Positions 50,312-59,002 of a stretch of DNA of 64,000 nt are shown piece after piece; position 1 is the stretch's first letter; each line of letters begins with the position of its first letter. Below the pieces are notes generated by a model, which saw only the letters and a list, made by a program, of their open reading frames with translations, was not told the DNA's origin and did not search any database. The stretch is taken from contig CAWBPM010000002.1 of the NCBI GenBank assembly GCA_963790825.1, positions 487,159-551,158 of the forward strand, in the 5' to 3' direction. The translations under genes and the position numbers were made by a program. Origin of the DNA: Candidatus Levyibacteriota bacterium. GTDB taxonomy: Bacteria > Patescibacteriota > Microgenomatia > Levybacterales > UBA12049.

Positions 50312-50803
50312 TTAAAATGGTATGTCGTCCGGAGCCACATCTTCTTCCTGAGTTTCGGCAGCATTTTCAGGTTCTACTTCAGCTTTTTTTGCGCTTTTCT
50401 TTTTTACTGCCGGCTCCTCTTTTTTCTCGTCCGGAGCTTCCTCAGTTACCGGATGTGTTTGCCCGGAACCTTTACTATCCAAAAGAATCATGTCGCTAAT
50501 GACGATCTCAGTCGTCGAGCGCTGCTGACCATCCTGGGTAGTCCATTTTCTGGTCTGAAGACGCCCTTCGACATACACTTTTCTCCCTTTTACCATAAAC
50601 TGACTGCATAGCTCTGCCAATTTATTCCAGGAAACAATATTATGAAACTCCGTTTCTTCGTGTTTCTCGCCGGTATCGGTTGTCCAGGAACGATTTGTCG
50701 CGATACCAAATGAGCAGACCGCTGTGCCACTCGGGGTATAGCGGAGTTCCGGATCGCGGGTTAAATTACCGATTAATTCTACTCTATTTAAACTTCGTGC
50801 CAT
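50312..50803 (-). CDS. ssb: Single-stranded DNA-binding protein
   Basis: OB-fold N-terminus MARSLNRVELIGNLTRDPELRYTPSGTAV...VEGRLQTRKW and acidic tail ending DDIPF. Confidence 0.95.
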   Translation of the reverse strand: MARSLNRVELIGNLTRDPELRYTPSGTAVCSFGIATNRSWTTDTGEKHEETEFHNIVSWNKLAELCSQFMVKGRKVYVEGRLQTRKWTTQDGQQRSTTEIVISDMILLDSKGSGQTHPVTEEAPDEKKEEPAVKKKSAKKAEVEPENAAETQEEDVAPDDIPF

Positions 50804-50809
50804 ATTATT

Positions 50810-50905
50810 AAAATTGCTAATTTCCTAATTGTCTAATTGCTAATTATACTAATTGTTCAGCTACATTTCATTATTCTAAATCAACTTAAATTAATTAGGT
50901 TAATT
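50810..50905. repeat. Five or more copies of CTAATTG at ~8-nt period in the rpsF-ssb intergenic spacer
   Basis: GCTAATTTCCTAATTGTCTAATTGCTAATTATACTAATTG. Confidence 0.5.
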
Positions 50906-51184
50906 TTATTTCTTCCTCAGCAATAAATGCCTCAGAACGTTTTCGCTAGCTAAGATTTGTTTCTCAAAATCCGCAGGAATTGCCTTTTCTCCTTCAAACT
51001 GGAACAGGTAATAGTGTCCTGCCGCTTCCCGTTTTATTTCGTATGCTAAGGGTTTTTGTCCCCACTCTTCCTCTTTCGTGACTTTTAAATCTTTCACCCA
51101 GCTTTTAATAGAAGTAAGTAATTTTTTTCGCTCGGCTTCCGACAATGATGTACGCAGAACCAGAACTAACTCGTACAATTTCAT
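50906..51184 (-). CDS. rpsF: 30S ribosomal protein S6
   Basis: MKLYELVLVLRTSLSEAE...WGQKPLAYEIKREAAGHYYLFQFE. Start set at ATG 51184 (track ORF begins at an upstream GTG). Confidence 0.88.
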   Translation of the reverse strand: MKLYELVLVLRTSLSEAERKKLLTSIKSWVKDLKVTKEEEWGQKPLAYEIKREAAGHYYLFQFEGEKAIPADFEKQILASENVLRHLLLRKK

Positions 51185-51235
51185 AAATACCACCCTATTT
51201 TACAAAACTTAGCATCTCTTCGCAAGTAGGAAAAG

Positions 51236-52618
51236 GTGAATTTGTCCTATAACAAAATTTGTGTTACTATCACGCTGATGAACATTGAACATGAAGCTAC
51301 TGCTTATTCACATGAACATGAACATGAATCAGAGGACTTTACCATGCAAACCCTCAAGCAAATGTATCACCTGCGAAACTTTTGGTTAAATAGTCAACAC
51401 AAGAATCCGGAACCGACTATTTACCCGTTAAAATTTATGGAAACACTTCTCCCAGAGCTTAAGGACCCTAAATCAAGGAATGAATATCTTGCAAGTATTA
51501 CCCAAAAAGTGAGTAGTTCTAGAGTACCCATCGAATACCACGCGGATGCGGTAACTTTGATTCTCGCCACAACAAGTATTAATGGAACGCTTCCAGCCGT
51601 CCATCACGTGGCACAGATGAGACAAGTTCCGACAAAAGAAATCTTGCAGCAAATACACAGCATGCTGGGAACCATGAAATCACGCCCCGCAGCCGGAGAC
51701 GCTTTATATAAATCCTGGTATAATATGAATCCTCTACCTCTAAAAGAAGCAACTCCAAAAGAAAAAATGAGATTCTATAGAAAAAGCGGGCGAAGACCTA
51801 AAATTGATAAATCCGCCGCAATCACCCATTGGCAAGTGAAAAAAGATGAAAGATTCGAAGGAGGTGTTTTTGAACGTAAATTACACATTATTACTTCTCC
51901 TCGCTATATAAAAGACATCCTTACCCCTACAGAATTTAAGTTTATTTCTCTGCGTAACCAAGGACTAACTATCCAAGAAATTGCTAAAATTGCAGGGTTA
52001 AGCGAACATCATGTTAATAAAATCTTGCAAAAGTGTCGAAATAAAGTTGAAACAAGTAGACTTGTACCCGCTGACATTGTAGCCGTACACACTATTAAAG
52101 ATAGTAGTGCTCATAATGCTGCTAGGAATGGTAGGATTAAGATTGCATCATTTTGGGGAAAGCCATATACCACAGAAAGACTTATTGATCGATATATTCA
52201 TTTTCGCAAAAGAGCTCTTGACCAGGAACTGATGAGTAAGGGGTATGTGCCACTCGCTAATGCTACTACGCCAGATATTTACGAAAAAGTACGTCGTGTG
52301 GAAAAAGTGTTTCGTAAATATATCGTGAAACAAGGAGATGTCCTCTATGTTCAACCAGGAGATTTAGAAGTTTGTCGTTCAATTATAGAGAGGCAGGAAG
52401 AAGCAGAAGCCAGCTTAACCAAACAGCACCTTCCCTTGTCTTATTATATTACAAACTCTATAACTACTACGGAGAGAGGTAGATTATTATATGCAATATC
52501 TCGTGGATATCTTCCAGCAATAAAAACAACTTGTGGTTGTTATGTTACACAGCAAGATTATGATAGATACAAAGAGAGTAATGGTACAAAAAGATATTCA
52601 GAAGAGCAAAAAACTTAG
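51236..52618 (+). CDS. Hypothetical protein with HTH motif (LuxR/sigma-region-4-like); N-terminal HEHEHE stretch
   Basis: LTIQEIAKIAGLSEHHVNKILQKCRNKV helix-turn-helix. Start uncertain (51236 or Met37 at 51344). Confidence 0.5.
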   Translation: MNLSYNKICVTITLMNIEHEATAYSHEHEHESEDFTMQTLKQMYHLRNFWLNSQHKNPEPTIYPLKFMETLLPELKDPKSRNEYLASITQKVSSSRVPIEYHADAVTLILATTSINGTLPAVHHVAQMRQVPTKEILQQIHSMLGTMKSRPAAGDALYKSWYNMNPLPLKEATPKEKMRFYRKSGRRPKIDKSAAITHWQVKKDERFEGGVFERKLHIITSPRYIKDILTPTEFKFISLRNQGLTIQEIAKIAGLSEHHVNKILQKCRNKVETSRLVPADIVAVHTIKDSSAHNAARNGRIKIASFWGKPYTTERLIDRYIHFRKRALDQELMSKGYVPLANATTPDIYEKVRRVEKVFRKYIVKQGDVLYVQPGDLEVCRSIIERQEEAEASLTKQHLPLSYYITNSITTTERGRLLYAISRGYLPAIKTTCGCYVTQQDYDRYKESNGTKRYSEEQKT

Positions 52619-52634
52619 AATTAAAAAAGCCATC

Positions 52635-53738
52635 TTAACTCCCGATCTTAAACTCGACCACATCTCCATCCTGCATGATATAATCCCGTCCTTCAAGTCT
52701 CGCTTTTCCCTGTTCCCGACTTCCTTTCCACCCATTATTCGCGACAAAATCTTTGTACGACACGACTTCTGCTTTAATAAATTTCTTCATAAAATCCGTA
52801 TGGATTTCACCTGACGCCTCAACTGCATTTGCACCTTTTCTAGTCGTCCAGGCTTTCGTTTCCTTCTCTCCTGTTGTAAGAAAAGAAATCAATCCCAATT
52901 CTCCGTATGCTTTCTGAATCAAACGCTCAAGTCCTGAAGTTGAAAAACCTAATTCGTGCAAATATGCCTTTTGTTCCTCATCAGACAATGCGGCTATATC
53001 GGATTCGATTTTCGCGCTGATTACGACGAAATGGGTTTGGGACAATTGCAAAAGGTCTGCATATCTCTGTATAATCCTTTCATCATTTACAGGAGAATAT
53101 TCGTCTTCGTCAACGTTTAGAAGTACCAATTCCGGCTTACGTGTTAATAAAAACAAAGTCTTAATATATTCATCTTCTTCCTCATCAAATTTAATATCCC
53201 TTGCAGGTCCACCGATATTTAAAGCTTCAATCAATTTATCAATTCCCCGTTTTTCTATATCCGAAACGTTACGCTTTTGTCTGCTTTGCACATTTTGCGC
53301 TGTCTGAAGATCTGCCAGAATCAATTCCGTTTGCACAGTGGCATAATCACTTTCCGGATCATTGCTTCCTTCCCTGATGATATCTTCATCGGTAAAAGCG
53401 CGCACCACATGACAGATTACAGATACTTCACGAATGTGGGATAAAAATTTATTCCCCAATCCCGCCCCCTCCGCTGCGCCTTTTACTAGACCTGCAATGT
53501 CAACAAATTCGATAGTCGCGGGTTTAAGTGGCGGTAATACCGGCATCTTTTCTTCCTCTTTCGTAATCTCTGCTAATTTATACAACCGCGAATCAGGTAC
53601 AGCTACTACTCCGATATTAGGTTCTATAGTTGCGAATGGATAATTCGCAGCCAAAGCCAGCTGCTTTTTTAAAAGCGCATTAAATAATGTCGACTTCCCA
53701 ACATTGGGTAACCCCACTATCCCAACAGAAAGATTCAT
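52635..53738 (-). CDS. ychF: Ribosome-binding ATPase YchF (Obg-family GTPase with TGS domain)
   Basis: GIVGLPNVGKSTLFNAL, DIAGLVKGAAEGAGLGNKFL, NxxE G4 variant, C-terminal TGS. Start set at MNLSVGIVG. A TATAAT on the coding strand lies 7 nt upstream, suggesting a near-leaderless transcript. Confidence 0.9.
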   Translation of the reverse strand: MNLSVGIVGLPNVGKSTLFNALLKKQLALAANYPFATIEPNIGVVAVPDSRLYKLAEITKEEEKMPVLPPLKPATIEFVDIAGLVKGAAEGAGLGNKFLSHIREVSVICHVVRAFTDEDIIREGSNDPESDYATVQTELILADLQTAQNVQSRQKRNVSDIEKRGIDKLIEALNIGGPARDIKFDEEEDEYIKTLFLLTRKPELVLLNVDEDEYSPVNDERIIQRYADLLQLSQTHFVVISAKIESDIAALSDEEQKAYLHELGFSTSGLERLIQKAYGELGLISFLTTGEKETKAWTTRKGANAVEASGEIHTDFMKKFIKAEVVSYKDFVANNGWKGSREQGKARLEGRDYIMQDGDVVEFKIGS

Positions 53739-53785
53739 AAGGAGATTATAGCAGAAAATTATTAGTAAAAACTTACTTGTATGCG

Positions 53786-54814
53786 TCACGCACTTATTGG
53801 AATCTTGGCTTGTATAAAGGACATAGGCGACATGTATTTAAGCGAAGCATGTGGCCTCTTATAGTTATACCAGTATAAATACTTTGTGAGCTTTTTTGCA
53901 AATGCTTCTGAGTCATAGTAAATCTCGTCATTTCTTAAAATGAATTCCTCCTGGATTGTCCGATTGAATCTCTCAATGTAACTATTAATCTTTGGCATTC
54001 TGGGATAGATAAATTGATGTTTAATTTTCTGTTCAACTATATACTCATGGAATGATTTGAGAAACTCTGATCCATTATCTGTTTGGATTGTATGAATCGG
54101 TGTTGGATTATTGCACTGGAACTGCTTAAAAACCTCTCTTGCTGTTACTGAGGAGAGATCCGGTACATATACAACTAAGGCAAATTTTGTGTAAATATCA
54201 ATCACACACATAAACAAATGTTTCTCAAAATTGATATAGACAACTACTGAATCCATCTCAATAAATCCAGGAGAAACTACCTTAGGAGACTTTCTCACTC
54301 TTAGCTTTTTGAACTTGTTTTTTTGTTTCTGTGGGTAGACTTTCTTCTCAAATGTTAAGTGACGTCTTTTAAGTACTTTCCCAATAGTACTTTCTGCCAA
54401 GGTCTTAATACCCAGCTCTTTGGCATACGCATCAACAAAGGGCTTGAGCATACTTTTACCAATATTCCCATGCTCATGCCTCATCTCTCTAATGAACTCA
54501 ATTATTCTCCAGTCTGTCTCCATCTTTCGCACATGGAGAGGTCTAGTTCCGTGTGGCACTAAACTGATTGTCCTTTTTCCGTTGTGTTCATAAGCATTTC
54601 TCCAGTTGTATAAGCTGCTCTTCTTTATTTTGAATGCAGCAAGGGTTGGACGCAGTCCATACTTGTAGTAGTGATTAATCACGTGAAGGCGAAAAGCAGC
54701 TACATCGGATACTTCAACTGCTAATGAATTCTGGAGCATTTTCATCAGTATATGATAGCTCTTTTGTGAGTATTTTGGTCGTAAATGTCTTACTCGTTTA
54801 AAATCACTTGGCAT
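53786..54814 (-). CDS. IS481-family DDE transposase (N-terminal HTH plus rve integrase core)
   Basis: IQTDNGSEF...YPRMPKINSYIERFNRTIQEEF...YNYKRPHASL. D..D..E catalytic spacing typical of the rve superfamily. Confidence 0.85.
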   Translation of the reverse strand: MPSDFKRVRHLRPKYSQKSYHILMKMLQNSLAVEVSDVAAFRLHVINHYYKYGLRPTLAAFKIKKSSLYNWRNAYEHNGKRTISLVPHGTRPLHVRKMETDWRIIEFIREMRHEHGNIGKSMLKPFVDAYAKELGIKTLAESTIGKVLKRRHLTFEKKVYPQKQKNKFKKLRVRKSPKVVSPGFIEMDSVVVYINFEKHLFMCVIDIYTKFALVVYVPDLSSVTAREVFKQFQCNNPTPIHTIQTDNGSEFLKSFHEYIVEQKIKHQFIYPRMPKINSYIERFNRTIQEEFILRNDEIYYDSEAFAKKLTKYLYWYNYKRPHASLKYMSPMSFIQAKIPISA

Positions 54815-54851
54815 AGAATCTTCTTCCTTAAGATTCCAATATGTATCGTGA
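53786..54851 (-). mobile_element. IS481-family insertion sequence (~1066 bp) with ~21-bp imperfect terminal inverted repeats TCACG-N4/5-TATTGGAATCTT
   Basis: IRL at 53786-53806 (overlapping the transposase stop). IRR at 54830-54851 (AAGATTCCAATATGTATCGTGA). No clear target-site duplication found. Confidence 0.65.
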
Positions 54852-54942
54852 CTTATTCATTACTTTCTATAACTCTCACTTTTCCACTTCCAATGTGGAA
54901 TCGCTCATTATATAGATCACATTCCAGGTGCTATAATCACGG

Positions 54943-55952
54943 CATGAAAGAAGGAGAAAATATCTTGAAAGAAGCAATAAACCCGATGCAAATACAACAA
55001 ATCCTAAGAGGGATATCTGAGACCTCAATCAATGTTGGAGATATTACCCAGATTAAATCTGGATAATTCAACACTACTTTTAAAGTAGAACTAGAAAATA
55101 ATAGTCCTCTTATTTTAAGGATTGCACCTCACGACTCACAAGAAACCTATAGACATGAGAAGAATCTGCGTGAATACTCTGTGCAACCCCACCTTTTATC
55201 TGTCTGCAGACTTATCCCACAGATTATATATGCAGACTTCTCAAAAGAAATAATTAATAGAAATTTTCGATTCAGTCTTTTATTGATGGCATAACACTTG
55301 ATGAGTCTTCCACATCGAATATTGATGCATCTGTCCAACTTTGGAAAGAAATAGTTGAAATCTCAGCACAAATAAGTAATGCAACAAATAAAGACTTTGG
55401 TTTTCCAGATCCATTCACAAGACATAATACATGGTCAGGTGCTCTTTCAAACATATTAGTTGGAATGATAGATGATCTATCTTCATATAATATGCCAACT
55501 CAATATTCCAAAGAAGTCTTAAAAGCTATTTCCGCTAATCAAAACGTATTAGATGAAATCTCCATACCTAGACTAGTCCATGGAGACTTATGGCCTGAAA
55601 ATATATTATTATCTCAAGATCAGTCAAAGGTAATAGGTGTCCTTGACTATGAGCGGGCATTCTGGGGGGGATCCAGATGCAGAATGGATTTGGGCTGGGA
55701 GAATTTGGAGGTAAAAAGGCAAAAGCGAATCATATTTTCAGATGCGGACTATTCTCTGCTGATTTTTCAGATATACCTAAAGAAATATTTGAAAACATTA
55801 ATGAGGCGGATAAAGGAAGGAGAACTAGAAACAATATATATTTAGGCGTATATCTTTCACAAAGGCTATTGGAGTCTCAAAGATACCCACGGGACGAAGA
55901 ATGGATCGAAAAAGAATTTATAAAAATTATAGATGATTCAAGAACTTACTAG
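54943..55952 (+). pseudogene. Aminoglycoside/choline-kinase-type phosphotransferase (APH/ChoK family) gene disrupted by an in-frame TAA (55064), a frameshift near 55265-55280 and a +1 G in a G7 homopolymer (55669-55675)
   Basis: Pieced from three frames: ...LILRIAPHD... / ...SFIDGITLDE... / ...LVHGDLWPENILLSQDQSKVIGVLDYERAFWG[G7]DPDAEW.... Brenner motif HGDLxxxN and the D..E...GDP..D motif are both present. Confidence 0.7.
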
Positions 55953-56320
55953 TCCGACACTTTATCTTTTTTAAATAATTTTCTATGATTCTCCCCATGT
56001 AAAACCTGCTTGATTACAAAAAAGCTCACGGAAGAATTACTTTCGTTCGCAATAGCATGTGAACTAGCCCCAAACTCTATTACATCACCAGGAGCAAGAA
56101 TTTGTGATTTTTCCTTATTATTTTCTATCCACTTTACGGTTAGTTCCCCATCAATAACATATAACGTTTCCCAAATTTCTTCATGGTGATGCCACGATTG
56201 ACTTGTACCCGATCGGAGTTCATTCGCATGCAATTCATATTCATCAAACAAAAAGTAATTAACATTTGTACCGTCTGGTCTCTTCACAAAGACTCCTTCA
56301 TCTTTTCTTATCATCTTCAT
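55949..56320 (-). CDS. Cupin-domain protein
   Basis: WHHHEEIWETLYVIDGELTV...GDVIEFGASSHA, a cupin 2 conserved barrel pattern. Confidence 0.75.
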   Translation of the reverse strand: MKMIRKDEGVFVKRPDGTNVNYFLFDEYELHANELRSGTSQSWHHHEEIWETLYVIDGELTVKWIENNKEKSQILAPGDVIEFGASSHAIANESNSSVSFFVIKQVLHGENHRKLFKKDKVSD

Positions 56321-56567
56321 TGCAACTAAATTGTATCATATATACTAAAGGGGAAATGGTTTATAAAATATGTTTATATTATGTGAGGATATTGCTTGCT
56401 CTATCTTAACTAATCTATTTTTTCTACAATTATTCTGGCTTTTCTTAAAGGAGGTAAGCGTAATTTGAAGCTGAACGGGACAAATTGTGGGTTTATGTCC
56501 TGCCAGTTCCTACACTAAGATTCTACGCTAAGATTCATGCTGAAGAGATTATATCATGGAAGTTTAA

Positions 56568-57206
56568 TTATCGTGTCTTGGTATACACGACCATTTTCGC
56601 AGACATTCCGTTTTTTATATCAGCGTATAGAGCCGAATCAAATTTGGCATAAATAGTAAATTGCTGCGTGGGACGTTCGGTCGAAGTCGAAAAAGAAAAT
56701 GCGCTCGCATTTGCAGCCGGTGCTATTTCATCGATATACCCCCAGTATGTGTTACCAGGCAGCGCATCGACAGTAAATGAAACTGCTTGTCCAACCCGGA
56801 TATCATTTAGTCCTTTATTTTCATCAATTGTACCGGCAACCCTCAGGTTAACAGGCCGGATCATTTGGATAAGTTGTGCTTGCGGATTTACTGTTGATCC
56901 TGTCAGATCACTTGCCGATATAATAAGACCATCTTCGGGGGCACGAAGTGTTTCCGAACCAACTACAGCCAGCGTATCACCGCTTTGAACGGTTTGTCCT
57001 TCTTTGACATCAATTTCCTCAACCTTACCCGCGTAGGAAGGAGAAACAATAATAACCGGTGCCTGTATAAGTGAGTTATCAATATATATCCTGCCGGTTG
57101 TTTCCTGGAAAAAAATAAATAAACCGGTAAGAAGAATCAGCAGACACACAGTACCTGTAATTTTCAAAAATTTCCGATTTTTAAAGAGAGAAAATATTTT
57201 TTTCAT
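56568..57206 (-). CDS. HlyD-family periplasmic adaptor (short, membrane anchored)
   Basis: N-terminal TM, biotinyl/lipoyl-like hairpin (AGKVEEIDVKEGQTVQSGDTLAVV), then beta-barrel segment. Confidence 0.65.
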   Translation of the reverse strand: MKKIFSLFKNRKFLKITGTVCLLILLTGLFIFFQETTGRIYIDNSLIQAPVIIVSPSYAGKVEEIDVKEGQTVQSGDTLAVVGSETLRAPEDGLIISASDLTGSTVNPQAQLIQMIRPVNLRVAGTIDENKGLNDIRVGQAVSFTVDALPGNTYWGYIDEIAPAANASAFSFSTSTERPTQQFTIYAKFDSALYADIKNGMSAKMVVYTKTR

Positions 57207-58333
57207 AGCAATGGATATTTGAGAGATTGTAAATATTTCGGATCAACTATAATTTTGTCATTTGACGATAATCCACTCGTGACTTCTATTTCGTTTCCGT
57301 GAATCTTTCCGGCAGTTACTTGTTTTAACTGCGGGGTTCCGTTATTGTCAACCCAGATATATTTGCCGGCAAGCACAGTCCATGCCGGAACTAGCGCTAC
57401 GTTTTCGGAATTAGTACTGATTATTGCTGTACCTGTCTCATCCAGTTTTGCAAGTTTTTTTAATTCATCACTTGCAACATCAATCTGGTAAACTGCTTCA
57501 CCGCTTGGTAAAATGACTTTTGACGGATATATTTTAATTACTGTACCAGTTATTTTATTTTGCAAGCCGTCTATTGCAAGTGTAACAGTGTTTCCTTCGG
57601 AGATGTAGTAAATATTTTCCGTTGGTACGTTTGCGCGAAAAACCATAGTATTCGGATCGGCAACCGAAAACGCGGTAGACGGCGTAACATTTACTCCTGA
57701 GGTAGTTACGTCCTCGTGTGTCACGACTCCGTCAATCGGAGAAGTGAGCGTCGCAAGCTGCAGTGCGTAATTAGCAAGATCAACGTTAAGCTGCGCAGAA
57801 TTCTGCGTAAGCAAGCTGTTATCTACAAATCTTTTTACTGCATCATCAATGACCTGTACTTCCGTTATACTGGTGTTGTAGTTATTTTTATTAGCTGTAT
57901 CGAGTGATAATCTTTGCTGCCCATTAACAACTCCTGCTTGGTTATTCTCCTGGGTTTGATCATTGTCATTACTGGCTATTTCGTAAGCGTTTGCCGCAAG
58001 CTGCAATTGTCTCTGAAGCGCATAGGTATCAAGCCGCGCAACCACTTGCCCCTGCGTTACTTTATCTCCTTCTTTTACCGGTAAAGCCGTTAGCTTACCA
58101 CCTGCTTGGAAATGCAGCGTTGCTTGATCTTGGGCTGTGACGGATCCATCAGCGGTAACTGTTGAATTTACAAATTTTACAGAAACCGACGTTGAAGGTT
58201 CGGTAATGGATCTTTGTGATGTTGAAGCACCTGCGTTTTTCGAATAGACAAAAATTCCAGCTCCGATAATAAGAAGAAGAATTATTACTAATATAATTTT
58301 CCCCGTACCCTTTTTTTGTTCTTTACTTTTCAT
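57203..58333 (-). CDS. HlyD/membrane-fusion-protein family efflux adaptor
   Basis: TM, lipoyl-like (GGKLTALPVKEGDKVTQGQVVARLD), coiled-coil (LQRQLQLAANAYE), and beta-barrel. Confidence 0.8.
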   Translation of the reverse strand: MKSKEQKKGTGKIILVIILLLIIGAGIFVYSKNAGASTSQRSITEPSTSVSVKFVNSTVTADGSVTAQDQATLHFQAGGKLTALPVKEGDKVTQGQVVARLDTYALQRQLQLAANAYEIASNDNDQTQENNQAGVVNGQQRLSLDTANKNNYNTSITEVQVIDDAVKRFVDNSLLTQNSAQLNVDLANYALQLATLTSPIDGVVTHEDVTTSGVNVTPSTAFSVADPNTMVFRANVPTENIYYISEGNTVTLAIDGLQNKITGTVIKIYPSKVILPSGEAVYQIDVASDELKKLAKLDETGTAIISTNSENVALVPAWTVLAGKYIWVDNNGTPQLKQVTAGKIHGNEIEVTSGLSSNDKIIVDPKYLQSLKYPLL

Positions 58334-58424
58334 TTAGGCAGTTTAATTTGTTAACTAATATTCCAGTATTCGACTGGTAAAAAGCTATCACATCAATTGT
58401 AGCATCTTTTATGAAAACTTAATG

Positions 58425-58865
58425 CTACTTACTTTCCGCTTTTAATATTTCTACCAGGTTCGAATGAATACGAATTAGTTCCATCAAATCCTTTTCCGGG
58501 ACTTTTTGAAAGATTTTCCCCATTTTATCCATAACTTTCTTCTTCAAATCTATAATATTCTGTTCGCCTGTCGGTGTTATGGCAATGTGAATAATCCTTC
58601 TGTCAGTTTTATCATTCACTTTTCCAATGAAACCCATCTTAACCATTCTTTCTATGAGCTGTGTCGCGGAAGACTTTGACAGCTTCAAATGACCCGCAAG
58701 ATTTCCGATACTGCTGTTTTTATTTGATTTTAAAAACATAAGTGCAGAAAATTGCATCATTGTAGCTATTTTTTCTTCGTTAGATTCCTGATTTTGGGTT
58801 CCAATAAATTTACGAAGCTGCCACATTGTGTTGAATAGCTGATCTATATATCGTTGCTTATCCAT
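58425..58865 (-). CDS. MarR-family transcriptional regulator
   Basis: Winged HTH LAGHLKLSKSSATQLIERMVKMGFIGKVNDKTDRRIIHIAITPTGEQ. Confidence 0.88.
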   Translation of the reverse strand: MDKQRYIDQLFNTMWQLRKFIGTQNQESNEEKIATMMQFSALMFLKSNKNSSIGNLAGHLKLSKSSATQLIERMVKMGFIGKVNDKTDRRIIHIAITPTGEQNIIDLKKKVMDKMGKIFQKVPEKDLMELIRIHSNLVEILKAESK

Positions 58866-58876
58866 ATTCCTATTGA

Positions 58877-58917
58877 GTTAAACTGATATATAGTTTAACA
58901 TATAAACTATATATCAG
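58877..58917. promoter_or_regulatory. Two related palindromic operator candidates, GTTAAACT-GATATAT-AGTTTAAC and AAACTATATATCAGT, in the marR / ABC-exporter divergent region
   Basis: Seen in sequence. The second site is the reverse complement of the first site's core. Confidence 0.45.
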
Positions 58918-59002
58918 TCAAGATGAGTATGAGATTTTTGCTTTTTCTGATAAATTTATTATATATATTGATTAGGTAAATTGGAAAAATATATAAGTAA
59001 AC

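Noticed and set aside
54785-55066. Track ORF 54785-55066 as an intact 93-aa gene
   Set aside because: Its 5' part overlaps the IS481 right inverted repeat; the real start is Met at 54943, and the frame continues past an in-frame TAA into the phosphotransferase pseudogene.
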